Positions 18,775 through 31,565 of a DNA stretch of 64,000 nt are shown one piece after another. A program made the position numbers and the translations under genes. The stretch is from contig OY970320.1 of the NCBI GenBank assembly GCA_963716745.1, forward strand, positions 800,001 through 864,000, given 5' to 3'. Position 1 is the stretch's first letter. Each line of letters opens with the position of its first letter. The notes beneath the pieces are model-generated. The model was not told the origin of the DNA, did no database searches, and saw only the letters and a list, made by a program, of their open reading frames with translations. The DNA comes from an uncultured Gemmatimonadaceae bacterium (lineage in GTDB: Bacteria > Gemmatimonadota > Gemmatimonadetes > Gemmatimonadales > Gemmatimonadaceae).

Positions 18775-19258
18775 CTAGTGGTTCAGGATGAACGTCGTTG
18801 GATACGACAACACGACCGAACTGCAATTCGCAGCATAGACGTCCACTGGCCCCGTGATGGTCATGCGCTGGTTGGCCGTGTCGTAAGTGCCGGAGAATGT
18901 CTCCGAGAAACTCGGACACAGATCCTGAGTGCACGGTGATATTGACCGAGGGATTCGTTCCCGCGGCGATGTTTCCCGCGAGCGTCCCGGTGCCGGAGAT
19001 GGCGACCGTGTTGACGCCATCCGTAAGCTCTCCCGTGAGTGCGTAACTACCACTCAGCGTCGGGCCATTCTGTCCGACCGTCACCGTGAATTCCGCGATG
19101 ATGGCCACGCCCTGGTCCACGCCGGACATTGGCCCGCTGTACGAACCCGAAACGTCGTTGTAACTCGGCGGCGGAGCCGTGGTGCCCCCGCCTCCGCCGC
19201 TGCATGCGGACGCGAGGATGACGAGGAACGGAACGAAAGCTGCTGTTCTGACGCGCAT
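18775..19258 (-). CDS. Putative lipoprotein (frameshift near 18925)
   Basis: Lipobox ILASAC; beta-rich body that continues in the 18775..19053 frame. Confidence 0.7.
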
Positions 19259-19290
19259 GATTCCCTCTCGAGTGTGAAGCGTGAGAGGGA

Positions 19291-19312
19291 ATCATTGAGC
19301 GGGGGTGTGACA
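19291..19312 (-). promoter_or_regulatory. PafBC-like promoter TGTC-N12-AATGAT
   Basis: Minus strand TGTC ACACCCCCGCTC AATGAT upstream of ATG 19258. Confidence 0.45.
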
Positions 19313-19319
19313 CTCATTG

Positions 19320-19428
19320 AACGACGCGGGAAGCGGGAAGCGGGAAGCGCCGCGGGATGCGAGAAATGCGCGCTGGCCCCTCGCGCCCTACTCGCATCCC
19401 GCGGCGCTTCCCGCTTCCCGCTTCCCGA
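19320..19428. repeat. Family A palindromic element
   Basis: (GGGAAGC)3..GCCGCGGGATGCGAG...CTCGCATCCCGCGGC..(GCTTCCC)3. Confidence 0.9.
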
Positions 19429-19472
19429 GCCCTCCCCCCGGCTTGACCCGACTGGCACACGGAGCGGAACAC

Positions 19473-20173
19473 TCACGATGGATCCGAGTAGTCCGCCACT
19501 AAGGGGCAATGATCACTCAGCGCGCGCCAATCCCGATAGGCGCCGACGCGCACGCGAGCCGGCCGCCCCCAGTCGCGCGGCACGAAGCAGATAATCGATG
19601 TGATACGGCCGATGCTCGTGATGATAGAAATAGTGCGTGTGCCGGGTCTCTTTCCCGTGCTTCTCGCGAAAGTACGTGTGATATGCGCTCGCGAGTCCGT
19701 GCGCCGCGAGCTTCTCGATGAGATCGCCCTGACTCTGCCCCGGCGGATGCTCGGCGTCCCAGATCACGTTCGCGTTGAAATCGCCGAGCACCACAGAGTG
19801 CTCGTGCTGCGCGATCACGGGGCCATAGAGCTCGATCGCGCGATTGAGTCCGCGCACGTAGCGGAACTTGCGCTCGAAATTAGTGGTCCACACCGCGAGC
19901 ATGAGGAACGACCGCGGCCCCGAGACTCGCACCGGCACCGTCCACCGCGGCACGCTCGGCCGCTTCCGCACCGGCGCGAACTCGTAGCCGTTCCGCGCGA
20001 TGACGGTGATCCCCTTCTTCTTCGGATCGCCGCCGTACCAGCGGTACGTCGCGCTGTCGGGCGCCTCGCGACGCAGCTCTTGCAGCACGGCAATGTCGGG
20101 CTGCAATGCCTCGACTGCTGCAGCGCTTCTCGGCTGAACGGCCGAATGAGCAATTCCAGGTGAGGAGACGCAT
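19473..20173 (-). CDS. Endonuclease/exonuclease/phosphatase (EEP) family protein (frameshifted)
   Basis: MRLLTWNC, PDIAVLQE, LGDFN, HIDY and SDHCP motifs spread across three frames. Confidence 0.85.
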
Positions 20174-20179
20174 TCCCTA

Positions 20180-20290
20180 AACTACGCGGGAAGCGGGAAT
20201 CGGGACTCGCCGCGGGATGTGCGGGAAGCGATCGTGGAGCAACGCGCAGTTCTCGCATCCCGCGGCGAGTCCCGCGTCCCGCGTCCCGAA
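20180..20290. repeat. Family A palindromic element
   Basis: AACTACGCGGGAAGCGGGAATCGGGACTCGCCGCGGGAT...ATCCCGCGGCGAGTCCCG. Confidence 0.9.
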
Positions 20291-20358
20291 CATGACCAAG
20301 CACGTGCTCGTCAGGCCTCGTTGGTGCGGACGATCCGACGATCTCCGAGCAGTCCGCC

Positions 20359-20781
20359 TCAAGGCGGCGCGATCGCCGTCCCATCAATGAGCACCTGCAC
20401 GCCAATGTTGTCCGGTTGCGCAACGAAATCCAGGAACGCCGGCTTATCGCCAGCCGGCGTCCGCGGCACGAAGGTGATGATCATCGTGCACGCGCCGCCC
20501 GGCGGGATCGTCACGCCGTTCAGACAATCGGTGGAGCTGTTGACGGCATAGCTCGTGACGCCCGAGCCGCCGGAGAGCAGACTCAAGTTCTCCGCCGGGA
20601 AGGTGCCGATATTGCTGACGGTGAGGGTCTCGGGCGCGGACTGCTGGCCGATCGCGATGGATCCGAATGCGAGGTTGGCGGGAGTCGCCTGGAGTTGCGG
20701 GAGGCCGCCGCTCTGGGTGGTGCTGTTTCCGCATCCCACAGCCATAGCGGCGAGGAAGATGATCGCCAGATACTTTTTCAC
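20359..20781 (-). CDS. Lipoprotein with a single choice-of-anchor D (ASH/Ig-like) domain
   Basis: MAVGC lipobox; LAFGS..TLTVSNIG..C..IPPGGACTMIITFVP. Confidence 0.75.
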   Translation of the reverse strand: MKKYLAIIFLAAMAVGCGNSTTQSGGLPQLQATPANLAFGSIAIGQQSAPETLTVSNIGTFPAENLSLLSGGSGVTSYAVNSSTDCLNGVTIPPGGACTMIITFVPRTPAGDKPAFLDFVAQPDNIGVQVLIDGTAIAPP

Positions 20782-20833
20782 TCCATGAGGCTCCGAAGAT
20801 GGACGATGCGTTCTACACCCAAGCACATCCGTT

Positions 20834-20943
20834 GTTCGGGATTCGGGACTCGGGACTCGCCGCGGGATTCGGGATGCGCCATGGGCTCACCGCGCCTTTC
20901 TCGCTTCCCGCGGCGAGTCCCGAGTCCCGAGTCCCGCGTAGTT
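20834..20943. repeat. Family A palindromic element (GGGACTC heptamers)
   Basis: GGGATTCGGGACTCGGGACTCGCCGCGGGA...CCCGCGGCGAGTCCCGAGTCCCGAGTCCCGCGTAGTT. Confidence 0.9.
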
Positions 20944-23090
20944 AGTGCGGCCCCGGCGTCCCGCCAGCTCTCTGGAATCCCCGCAGGATGTCCACCCGCA
21001 GTTCGGTCCACCCGTCCACCTGATAGTACTCGACACGCAGCTCATGCTTGCCGGGCGCGAGTGCGGCGGCTTCTACGGCGGATTCATGCGGACCCCAGTC
21101 GTCGATCGCGAGATTGCCGTCCACCCAGACGCGAACGCCTTCGTCGCTGATGGTGCGCAGGGTGTAGTCGCCGGGTGCGAGCTCAACGGTCGCGGTCGCG
21201 GCCAGTGCCCAGCGCTCATTCGGGATCGCGGGCATGCTGGGGCGATACCAGAGGAAATCGAGACGCGGCTGGTCCATCGTGAAGAGTGGCGGGGTTTTGA
21301 GCAGCGCCTCGAATGCATCGCTCTTGCTGCGTGGGTCGGTGTCCTCATCCCACGAGAACACGCTCACGTGCCAGTCGAGTATCGGCTCGAACGATCCATA
21401 GGAGAATCGAACGCCATTCGACTCGAGCGTCAGCTGCCAGTCGTTCGACGGCAGCAGGCTGATCGTGTCGTTCATCGTTCCGTTCATGTTGCTGATCTCG
21501 TCGACGCCGCGCTTCGCGACGAGGCGCCACGTGCCGGGCGGGCCGAGCACGGCGAGATGCAGCGGCAGCGCATGCGTGCTGTCCACGGGCCAGATCTTGG
21601 GCGTCGCCCAATCGTATGGGCCCCATTGGTCGACAATGATCGCCGAGCGATCGCGGCGGGAAAGCGGTGTCGACGGGATGTTGGTGGCGATGCCTTTCGC
21701 GACGGGCGCGAGCTTCGCGTATTCCGGCGGGAGCGGGAGCATCCAGAGACACGGATCATCGGGCATCACTGTGCTCGCGACGCCGGCGGCGTTGGAGTCG
21801 GCGCGCACAGCACTCGTGTCGCGCGCGACGAGCGTGGTGTCCACGCTCTGGAAGCTGTTGCCGAGCAGGCTCACGTCGCTCGTGTTCGCGAGATCCACCG
21901 CCACGCGATCGCGCGAGAAGAAATTCCATTCGATGCGCGCGTTCCGGCTCCGCGTGTCGCGATGCTTCGGATACGCCCAATCGCTCGGCGCGATGCTGTC
22001 CGCCCAGAGGCGAATGCCCACGTCGTTGCGATCGAACCGGTTCGCGACGATCGCGTTGTCCTGCCCGTGCTCGATCGCCGCGCCAATGCGATCGCGCAGG
22101 AAGCAATTGCCGGCGACGATCGACGAGTAACTGTATCCACCCCAGAGTCCGTAGTCGCTGCCGTTGCCGATATTCGCGACGAAGATGTTGCGGCTGAACG
22201 TCGCCTCGATCGCGTTCGCGGGCGCGTACGAGAAATCGTTCTTGATACACGAGATTGTCGTTCGCGCCGCCATCGCCCGTGTCCATCGTGCTCTGGCCGG
22301 CCCAGAGGAAGAACCCGTCGCCGCCGTGCGTCGCGGAATTGTATGCGACAATATTGCTGGAACTCTGCTCGAAGAAGAGGATGTCGGCCGAATCCTGCCC
22401 GCGCCAATAGAAGCCATTACTATATCCGCGCACGTTGAACTCGAGATCGTTGTGCAGGATGCGGTTGAAGCGGCTGCGGTAGAGACCGATACCGAGCCCG
22501 GAGTTGAACGAGAACGTGTTGTCGTGGATGAGCAGGCTGTCGCTGCGCACGAGCAGAAGTCCGTCCATCCCCTGCTCCGCCGTGACGCCGCTGATCGTGC
22601 CGCCGCGCACGCCGTCGAGATACGCGCCGGCGCCGTAGCGCAGCCACTCGTTCTTCTCGTTGTGATGGAAGGAGAGCCAATCGGCGATCGACTCGTGCTC
22701 CACGAGCGAGTAGAGCCGCGGCTTCCAGCTGTTGCCGAGGTCGAGTACCGCGAGCGTGAGATCCCGCGTGCCGCGCGCGAGGATGTTGAAGCGGTAGCCG
22801 TGGATGGTGCCGTTCTTGATCGTGACGTGCGGCGCCGCTGTCGACGCGAATGGCTACTCCCTCCGCCTGGTCGGGCTCGCCGGGATTTCCTTCGAGCGTC
22901 GCGCCGTTCAGGTCCACGACGATATTCGATCCGCGAATCGTGATCACGGCGGAGTCGAGGTCGAGAGCGGCGCGGGGAAGCGATAGGTCGCTCGTTTGAC
23001 GGTGATCGAGTGCGTGATCACCATGCCGGGGCGCAGCGGGACCTGCGGGGGCGCAACTGCGACGGCGAGTGCCAGGAGGGTCGGGATCAT
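20942..23090 (-). CDS. Secreted right-handed beta-helix (NosD-like) protein with PA14 domain (several frameshifts)
   Basis: Asn-ladder repeats (DNTFSFNSGLGIGL, NDLEFN, NIFVAN); SDEGVRVWVDG..KHELRVEYYQ. Confidence 0.8.
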
Positions 23091-23120
23091 CGTGGTGCGA
23101 ATCTACACCAGATTGTGTAA

Positions 23121-23226
23121 GGCGCGGGACTCGGGGCTCGGGACTCGCCGCGGGATTCGGGAACTGCGCGATGATCCCCTCGCCTCTCGAATCCCGCGGC
23201 GAGTCCCGAGCCCCGAGTCCCGCGTC
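23121..23226. repeat. Family A palindromic element
   Basis: Near-perfect IR with GGGACTC/GGGGCTC units. Confidence 0.9.
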
Positions 23227-24219
<993 letters not shown>

Positions 24220-24245
24220 GGGATGGCGACTGAGGTTGGAGTCGA

Positions 24246-24329
24246 AACTGCAGACTTAGACTTTAGACCTGGACGCTAGAATACAACGGCTCCGCATTCT
24301 AAAGTCTCAGTCTAACGTCTCAGTCTGCT
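24246..24329. repeat. Family C palindromic element (AGACGTT/AGACYT units)
   Basis: AACTGCAGACTTAGACTTTAGACC..TAGAAT...ATTCTAAAGTCTCAGTCTAACGTCTCAGTCTGC. Confidence 0.85.
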
Positions 24330-24845
24330 TTTGGAACGTGTTCCTCACTCTCACCAGCGCTGCCAATACAGCGCCCATGCCAGCGACCATGCGGCGGCGC
24401 GTAGCGTCGTCACGACCTCAGACTTCATGGTGCCCATCGGATCGTTGCTCATCGAGATGGCGCCGGTGGTGCCGGCGGTCTCGGAGGCGAGGATATAACC
24501 GCCGGCGACGTCCAGGATATTCATGAGCGCCATGAACACGAGGAATGCCGTCCAGAATCGCGGCGCCGAGGGGCTGCGTCTTGTACACGAGATAGAAACC
24601 GATACAGCGGCGCGAGCCCGCGCGTGAATTGCGCGACCGACTCGAGCATGGCGAGCGGCTTGAACATCGCGCCGCTGGGGATCGCGGGATCGGTGATGCA
24701 CGGCGAATGCGCCGAACGCGTCGGTGATCGTATAGAGGGAGTAGGCGCAGATGATAGCTTGGCCGACTAAGAACGACAGCAGCCAGCCGCCTATGCCCTT
24801 TGGCTGAGTGCTTTGGGGCGCACCGGATTCCGTGGGGGAGGTCAT
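24307..24845 (-). CDS. DUF2569-like membrane protein (frameshifted)
   Basis: KGIGGWL N-terminus; C-terminal W..YW..RVRNTF. Confidence 0.65.
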
Positions 24846-24914
24846 GACTCCAAAACTGTGCACCACGTGCACGCGTGGTAAGGAGCGGCGGCGCAGACTC
24901 TAAGAATGTTCGGG

Positions 24915-25018
24915 TTCGGGAAGCGGGACGCGGGAAGCGCCGCGGGACGCGAGAACTGACGGGGAACTCCCGCGCAGCTGACGCTTCCCGCGGCGCTTGC
25001 CGCTTCCCGCTTCCCGCG
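24915..25018. repeat. Family A palindromic element
   Basis: GGGAAGC arms around a GCCGCGGGA/TCCCGCGGC core. Confidence 0.85.
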
Positions 25019-25026
25019 TGTCGTTG

Positions 25027-26097
25027 CTACGGCACTGCGACTCCCACGAGGTTCTTCACCGCCGATCCGCCTAAGGTGGAGACCATCGTCACCGACGCGC
25101 GCTTGGTGCCGCTGGATAGAGCGGCAGGAGTGAACGTAACGGGAACCGTGCAACTGCCCATCGACACGAGTTCGCCCACGCATGTCGTGACGCCGAGCGA
25201 AAAACTCGCGGCGTCCGGGCCCATGATACTGATCGCCGGCTGAGTGGCAGCGACAGGGCCCGTGTTCGAGAGGATCACGTTGAGCGGGCCGCCTGTCGAG
25301 CCGCCGGTCACATTCCCAAAATTGAGCGTGTCGGCGGTGACAGAGAGTACTGGCGGCGCGTACGAGAAGCCGACCAGGGCGAGCGTCGGCGATCCACCGG
25401 GCGACGCGCTCGCGGTGAGCGTCGCGTTCTTGATGCCAGTGGTCACTGGATCGAAATCCAGGCGGATTGTGCAACTCGCGCCCACTGCCAACGACACCGG
25501 CACTGTTATGGAGCAACTTCCGGAAAAAAGAGAGAAACTGGACATGTCGGTGCCGCTGAGCGAAAAAGCGATAGGCCCGCTCGGCGAGGCGCCGACATTC
25601 GAGATCGTGATCGTGGCGTTCGAACCGACGAGTCCCGCAACTCCTTGAAGCGTGTCGGGCTGGAGCGCGCCGATGATCAACAGTGCTGGATTGGCCGCAA
25701 CGCCAATCACAGCGCTCGAGGCGGTACCGCCCGGCGACGCGGTGACATTGACGGTAGCGGATCTCTCCCCCGCGACCCCGGTGGGGGCCATCACCACGCG
25801 AATAGTGCAACTGGCATTCTGCGCAAGCTCGGTTGGGTCGCTGCATCTGTTGGTCATGAGCACGAAATCGGCCGCGCCCCCGCCGCCAAGGCTCAGCTGA
25901 AGCGCTCCGCTCGTCAGGACGCCGTTGTTCGTGATGGTGAAGAGCATTGGCGCCGAGCTGCCGCCGAGCGGCGCGCGCAGCGTGTCGCCCGTCGCCGGCG
26001 TGATCGTGAGCTCGCCGCCCGCGGAGCCCGTCGGATCGCCGCTGCACGCAGCTGCGGTGAGAACGAGCGCGACGCCAAGCGTGACATGCGTTTTCAT
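25027..26097 (-). CDS. Lipoprotein with three choice-of-anchor D/Ig-like repeats
   Basis: LTAAAC lipobox; three ~107-aa repeats (TITN.G..C...L....SCTI.V.F.P). Confidence 0.8.
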   Translation of the reverse strand: MKTHVTLGVALVLTAAACSGDPTGSAGGELTITPATGDTLRAPLGGSSAPMLFTITNNGVLTSGALQLSLGGGGAADFVLMTNRCSDPTELAQNASCTIRVVMAPTGVAGERSATVNVTASPGGTASSAVIGVAANPALLIIGALQPDTLQGVAGLVGSNATITISNVGASPSGPIAFSLSGTDMSSFSLFSGSCSITVPVSLAVGASCTIRLDFDPVTTGIKNATLTASASPGGSPTLALVGFSYAPPVLSVTADTLNFGNVTGGSTGGPLNVILSNTGPVAATQPAISIMGPDAASFSLGVTTCVGELVSMGSCTVPVTFTPAALSSGTKRASVTMVSTLGGSAVKNLVGVAVP

Positions 26098-26199
26098 GGT
26101 GCTCCCTGCTGCCTGAGGAGCGAAACGAACACTTCTGTACCAAAGTCCCGGCGATCGCGTCCCGCGGCGCTTCCCGCTTCCCGCTTCCCTTCAGTCTCG

Positions 26200-26618
26200 C
26201 TAGGCCTTCTTTCGACTCCGATCATCGCGTCAAGAGAGAACGATCCCGCCCCATACGCCGCATATGTAAAGAAGATGAACGCGTAGAGGTACGGCAGCTC
26301 CCCGTGATTCTGCCACCACCACATGTTGCCCGAGCCGCCCCAGTGCATCCAGAAGTACGTAACGGCCATCTCGCCGGAGGCGAGGAAGGCCATGGGACGC
26401 GTCAGAATGCCGAGCACGATGCACGCGCCGCAGACGGTCTCGATCACGCCGGCGGCGCCGAACTTGGTCATGAGGTCAACGGTGCCATGATTCGGACCCA
26501 TTCCGCCGAACCAGCCGAACAACTTCTGCGCGCCATGCGTGAAATACGACGCACCCGCGGCAATGCGCAGGGCGTTCACGGAAAGACTCTTGAATTTCGC
26601 GGTGAATTCGGGGGACAT
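26200..26618 (-). CDS. DoxX family membrane protein
   Basis: LRI..HGAQKLFG..AFLASGEMAVTYF..GAGSFSLD; true stop probably at 26200 after a frameshift. Confidence 0.85.
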
Positions 26619-26712
26619 GCGCGGGGAGCTCCGGGGTGGAGGTGAGATCCTCTGCGAACTCTACGCGCGGCCTACGCACAACGCTAGGCGACTGACCCCA
26701 AGCACGCCCGAC

Positions 26713-26818
26713 GTTCGGGACTCGGGCTCGGGACTCGCCGCGGGACGCGAGAAAGGCGCGTTGGGCCCGCGCGCAGTTCTCGCGTCCCGCGGCGAGTCCC
26801 GAGTCCCGAGTCCCGAAC
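26713..26818. repeat. Family A palindromic element
   Basis: GTTCGGGACTCGGGCTCGGGACTCGCCGCGGGACGCGAGAA...TTCTCGCGTCCCGCGGCGAGTCCCGAG..GAAC. Confidence 0.9.
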
Positions 26819-26889
26819 ACGACCTACCCTAGACTCCCCTCATACACGACGGCAAGTTACGTCGCATGGAACCCTATTCGAGGCCCCCG

Positions 26890-29800
26890 ATGAAGTCTCT
26901 TCGTACTCTCGCGTACGGCGTAACTCTCCTCGCCGCGACATCGCTCGCAGGCCAAGGAACCAGTCCGTCAACTCTGGCGCCCGCCATTAAGGTACCGAAT
27001 GATCGGCCCCTTCCGCGGCGGACGCACGAAGAGTGCGACGGGCGTGCCGAGCCAGCACGGCGTCTTCTATATCGGCGCGGTGAATGGCGGCGTGTGGCGG
27101 AGCAATGACTTCGGCCGCACCTGGGTGTCGCTCTTCGATGCGCAGTCGTCGAGCTCGATCGGTGCGCTCGAAGTTGCCCTCTCGGATCCGAATGTCATCT
27201 ACGTCGGCATCCGGCGAAGGGCTGCAGCGGCCCGATCTCTCCACGGGCGACGGGATGTACAAGTCAACCGACGCCGGAAAGACGTGGACGCATCTCGGAC
27301 TCCGCGACGGCTGGCAGATCGCGCGCATCGCGATCGATCCGCAGGACGCCAACCGGCTCTTCGTCGCGGTGCTCGGCCATCCGTACGGCGCGAACGCCGA
27401 GCGTGGCATCTATCGCAGCACGAACGGCGGACAGTCCTTCGAGAAAGTGCTGTTCAAGGACGAGAACACCGGCGGCGTCGACGTGCAATTCTCGGCGAAC
27501 GATCCCAACACGGTGTACGCGGTGCTCTGGGAGAATCGCCTCGCGCCGTGGGAGAACGGCGAATTCCACGGCCCCGGCAGCGGGCTCTACAAGAGCACGG
27601 ATGGCGGCACCACGTGGAAGCAGCTCACGAAAGGTCTGTTCACGCCCGCCGAAGGGCTCACGCGCATCCAGATCGCGCCGGCGCCGAGCGACCCCAATCG
27701 CCTCTACGCGAACATGAACGCCGACTCCGGTTCACTCGGCGGCGTGTATCGCAGCGACGACGCCGGCGAGTCGTGGACGCGCGCCACGGGCGACGAACGC
27801 ATCTGGGGACGCGGCGACGATTTCACGCCGCTCACCGTGGATCCGAAGAACGCCGACATCGTGCTACTCGACGAATGTCGTCACGTGGAAATCCACCGAC
27901 GGCGGCAAGACGTGGCATTCGCTGCGCGGCGCGCCGGGCGGCGATGACTATCAGCGCCTCTGGATCGATCCGAACGACACGAAGACGATGCTCCTCGTGA
28001 GCGACCAGGGCGGCGTCGTCACGGTGAATGGCGGCGAGACGTGGAGCTCGTGGTACAATCAGCCCACGGCGCAGTTCTATCACGTGACGGCCGACAATGC
28101 GTGGCCCTATCGCCTGTGCGGCGGACAGCAGGAGTCGGGCTCCGCGTGCGTGAAGAGCCGCGGCGATTTCGGCGCGATCGATTATCGCGACTGGACGCCG
28201 GTGGGCACGGAGGAATACGGCTACGTCGCGCCGGATCCGCTCGACCCCGACATCCTCTACGGCGACAAGGTGGAGAAGTTCGACCGTCGCACGGGCCAGA
28301 CGCGCGAGCGTCACGCCCAACGTGATCCGCCGCGGGCCCGCCGCGCCGGCGACGAAGGGCGAGGCGCCGTACCGCGTGATCCGCACCGAGCCGATCATGT
28401 TCAGCCCGACCAATCCGCACAAATTGTATTTCGCGAGCAACGTGGTGTGGCAGACGGTGAACGGCGGCCAGAGTTGGACTGCGATCAGCGGAGACCTCTC
28501 GCGCGAGAAGTGGGACGTGCCGGCGAACGTCGGCGTATACACGGGCTCGAAGGCGCGCGATGCCGACGCGCCGCGGCGTCGTCTATGCGCTCGCGCCGAG
28601 TCCGGTGGACAGCAATACCATCTGGGCGGGCACCGATGACGGGCTCATCTGGGTCACGCGCAACAATGGCAAGCTCGTGGAGCAACGTGACGCCGCCGCA
28701 GCTCGTGCCGTGGGCGAAGGTGAGCATCATCGACGCGAGCCACTTCGATGCGAACGAAGCGTACGCGGCGGTGAACACGATCCGGCTCAACGAACAGAAG
28801 CCGCACATCTATCGCACGAAGGATGGCGGCAGAAACTGGACGGAGATCGTGACCGGCATGGCCGATGACGCCAGCACGAACGTCGTGCGCGAGGACACCA
28901 AGCGCCGCGGGCTGCTCTTCGCCGGCACGGAGTCGCAGGTCTGGTATTCGCTGGACGACGGCGATCATTGGGCCGGCCTGCGGCTCAACATGCCGGCGCA
29001 ATCCGTTCGCGATCTGATCATCAAGGACAACGATCTCGCGATTGCGTCGCACGGACGCGGCTTCTGGATCCTGGACGACATCTCGCCGCTGCGGCAGTGG
29101 ACCACTCCACCGGCAACGATGCTCTTCAAGCCGGAGGCCGCCACGCGCGTGCGCTACTCGATGTACACCGACACGCCGATGCCGCCGGACGAGCCGAGCG
29201 CGGAGAATCCGCCGGACGGCGCGATCATCGATTACTACCTGGCCGACGGCGCGAAGGGCGAGGTCACGCTCGACATTGTGAACAGCGCCGGCCGCACGGT
29301 GCGGCACTATTCGTCGAACGACAAATTCCCCGCCCCGGCCGACGTCGGCAATTGGCCCTGGTATTGGTTCCGCCCGCTCTCGCCCCTCGGCACGTCGGCC
29401 GGACTCAACCGCTACGTGTGGGACCTGAAATTCGCGCCGCCGCCGCTCAAGGATTTCTCCCTCCCGATCTCGGCGATCCCGCGGAACACCCTGCGCGATC
29501 CGCAGGGACCGTGGGCGCTGCCGGGGGTCTACACCGCAGCGCTCACCGTGGACGGCCACAAGTATTCGCAGTCATTCACCGTGCGAATGGATCCGCGCGT
29601 GAAGACGCCGGCAGCGGGGATCAAGCAGCAGTACGACCTGTCGGTCGCGTTGTATGACAACGTGCGCTCGAGCGCGGAGATCATCGCGCAGATCGCCGAT
29701 CTGCGCGGTCAGCTCACCGACCGTCGAACGAAGGCGACCGGTGCGACCGCTACGGCGATCGATTCGCTGAACGCCAAGCTGGGCGCGTTGGTGACCGGGC

Positions 29801-30081
29801 GCGCGCCGACCATGACGAGCGTGCAAGGCGGAATGCTGGCGGTGTACGGCGTGTTGCAGCACGCGGATATCACACCCACGACGCAAGTCGTGGCGGCTGC
29901 GCGTGAACAGGCGACGGCGTTCGCGGGACTCAAGTCCAAGTGGATGGGAATGGCGTCGGCCGATCTTGTGGCGATCAATGCACAGCTGACGGCGGCGGGG
30001 CTAGAGGCGGTGAAAGTCTCGGCGGTGAATCTCGACAATGTCCCGCGTGAACCGGAAGGCGGGGACGACGACGAACCCTAA
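26890..30081 (+). CDS. VPS10/BNR-repeat glycosyl hydrolase-like secreted protein (frameshifted)
   Basis: IGPFRGGR, repeated SxDxGxTW Asp-boxes, QPTAQFYHV, ASHGRGFWILDD. Confidence 0.85.
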
Positions 30082-30110
30082 ACTACCGGGAACCGATCTC
30101 CGGGAACCGT
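30081..30110. repeat. Family F short repeat (CCGGGAACCG) after AACTAC
   Basis: AACTACCGGGAACCGATCTCCGGGAACCG; same unit at 63969-63993. Confidence 0.55.
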
Positions 30111-30149
30111 TGAGGCGTGACAACAGATCGCGAACTGTTGTCACGCGCC

Positions 30150-30416
30150 CTACGCGTCTCGTCGTACAGCGACGATCGCGCGCACGATCGTGATCTCCAT
30201 CGCCAGCGGCACCAGCACGGCGATGAGATAGAACTGTCCGTTCGCGGACACGGGCTTATCCACGAGATCCATGCCGACGAGCCAGAGAATCGAAGCGACC
30301 ATGAGCCCCAGCGCCCACAGCGCCGCTTCACTTCCCTCATAAATCTTCTTCACGATGAATCCCATGAATACGAAGAACACCAGCAGAATGACCCAGATCA
30401 TGATCTCGCGCGACAT
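30150..30416 (-). CDS. Small membrane protein
   Basis: Three hydrophobic segments. Confidence 0.6.
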   Translation of the reverse strand: MSREIMIWVILLVFFVFMGFIVKKIYEGSEAALWALGLMVASILWLVGMDLVDKPVSANGQFYLIAVLVPLAMEITIVRAIVAVRRDA

Positions 30417-30767
30417 GAAACTAAACTCGTGCGACGATGAGATAGCCTGCGGCGCATGCGAGGAGCCCCACGACAGCACCGCACACGATCGCGGCTTCGC
30501 GGCAGCGCTTCACGGCGTCAGATCCCATCTCCTGCGCCGACGACATTGACGCGAGCGGCACGATCCCCACAGGAGCCCACGGAATGCCACGTCGCTCGCA
30601 TTCCGCACAGAGCGCGATCCAGGCATCGCGGGAGTAATCGAGCGGGCCGAGGGCGACGGCTTGGCGGAGTTCGTCGAGCTGGTAGCCTGCGTAGAGGCGG
30701 GTGAGTTCTTCGGGGGTAGAGTGGCATTGACTCGAGTGGCGAGAGACTCGTCACCAGGACGGGCAGG

Positions 30768-30948
30768 CTGCAGTGATCAGTAAACAGTCACGAGTGACTG
30801 CCAGTCGACAGTCTACAGTCAACAGGTCACAGAAAACTGATCCAGATCGGGCTCAGCTCTACTATCCGAATCATGATCCGTGTTCTGTTGACTGTAGACT
30901 GTTGACTGTAGACTGGCAGTCACTCGTGACTGTTTACTGTTGACTGCA
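30768..30948. repeat. Family B palindromic element (ACAGTCN heptamers)
   Basis: CTGCAGTGATCAGTAAACAGTCACGAGTGACTGCCAGTCGACAGTCTACAGTCAACAG...CTGGCAGTCACTCGTGACTGTTTACTGTTGACTGCA. Confidence 0.9.
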
Positions 30949-30962
30949 ACGTTGAAATGCAC

Positions 30963-31565
30963 TTATAGCCCACGCCGTTCTTTATCCGCCTCCGTCCCAA
31001 GCTTGAGAAATATCCACGCATGCGTCGCCAACAATATCGGCACCAATACCGTCGGCACCAAACTCATCGGGAACACTAATAATCCCGCCATCGCATCCGG
31101 TGCCGCCATCGCCAATCGCGCGGCATTCGCGATCACGAATAACAGATCGATGAGCCCCACAAGATTCCACGCATGATACAGCTTGTGTCGCGCGCTCGAC
31201 GTCACGCCGCCGCCGAGCACGAGCCAGCCGGCGAAGATCCCGACCACGACATCACCCCAACCGGCCGGCACGCTGAACGCGGCGGGCAATCGTCCTTGCC
31301 GTCCCATCACGAGGAATACGACGCCCACCGCGAAGCGCGTGATGTGCAGCGCAACGAACGCGCGGGTATCCGTCGCGGCGACCCACTCGCGCAGCCATGT
31401 AGCCCACCGCTCCAGCGCGAGCAGGATCATCGCGAGTCCGATCACGATGAGTTGCGGCAGGGGCGGCTGCAGTGCGGCGACGCGTCCGCTCGCGCCGGCG
31501 GCGCCCGCCGCTACGAGCCAAATGAAGATCAGCGCGATCACACGCGTATTCGACGGTCTGTTCAT
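30963..31565 (-). CDS. Multi-pass membrane protein
   Basis: LHITRF..PAGWGD..WNLVGLIDL..FPMSLVP. Confidence 0.75.
   Translation of the reverse strand: MNRPSNTRVIALIFIWLVAAGAAGASGRVAALQPPLPQLIVIGLAMILLALERWATWLREWVAATDTRAFVALHITRFAVGVVFLVMGRQGRLPAAFSVPAGWGDVVVGIFAGWLVLGGGVTSSARHKLYHAWNLVGLIDLLFVIANAARLAMAAPDAMAGLLVFPMSLVPTVLVPILLATHAWIFLKLGTEADKERRGL

Noticed and set aside
30430..30760. Short ORFs 30456..30704 and 30518..30754
   Set aside because: No motifs, RBS or coding-like composition.
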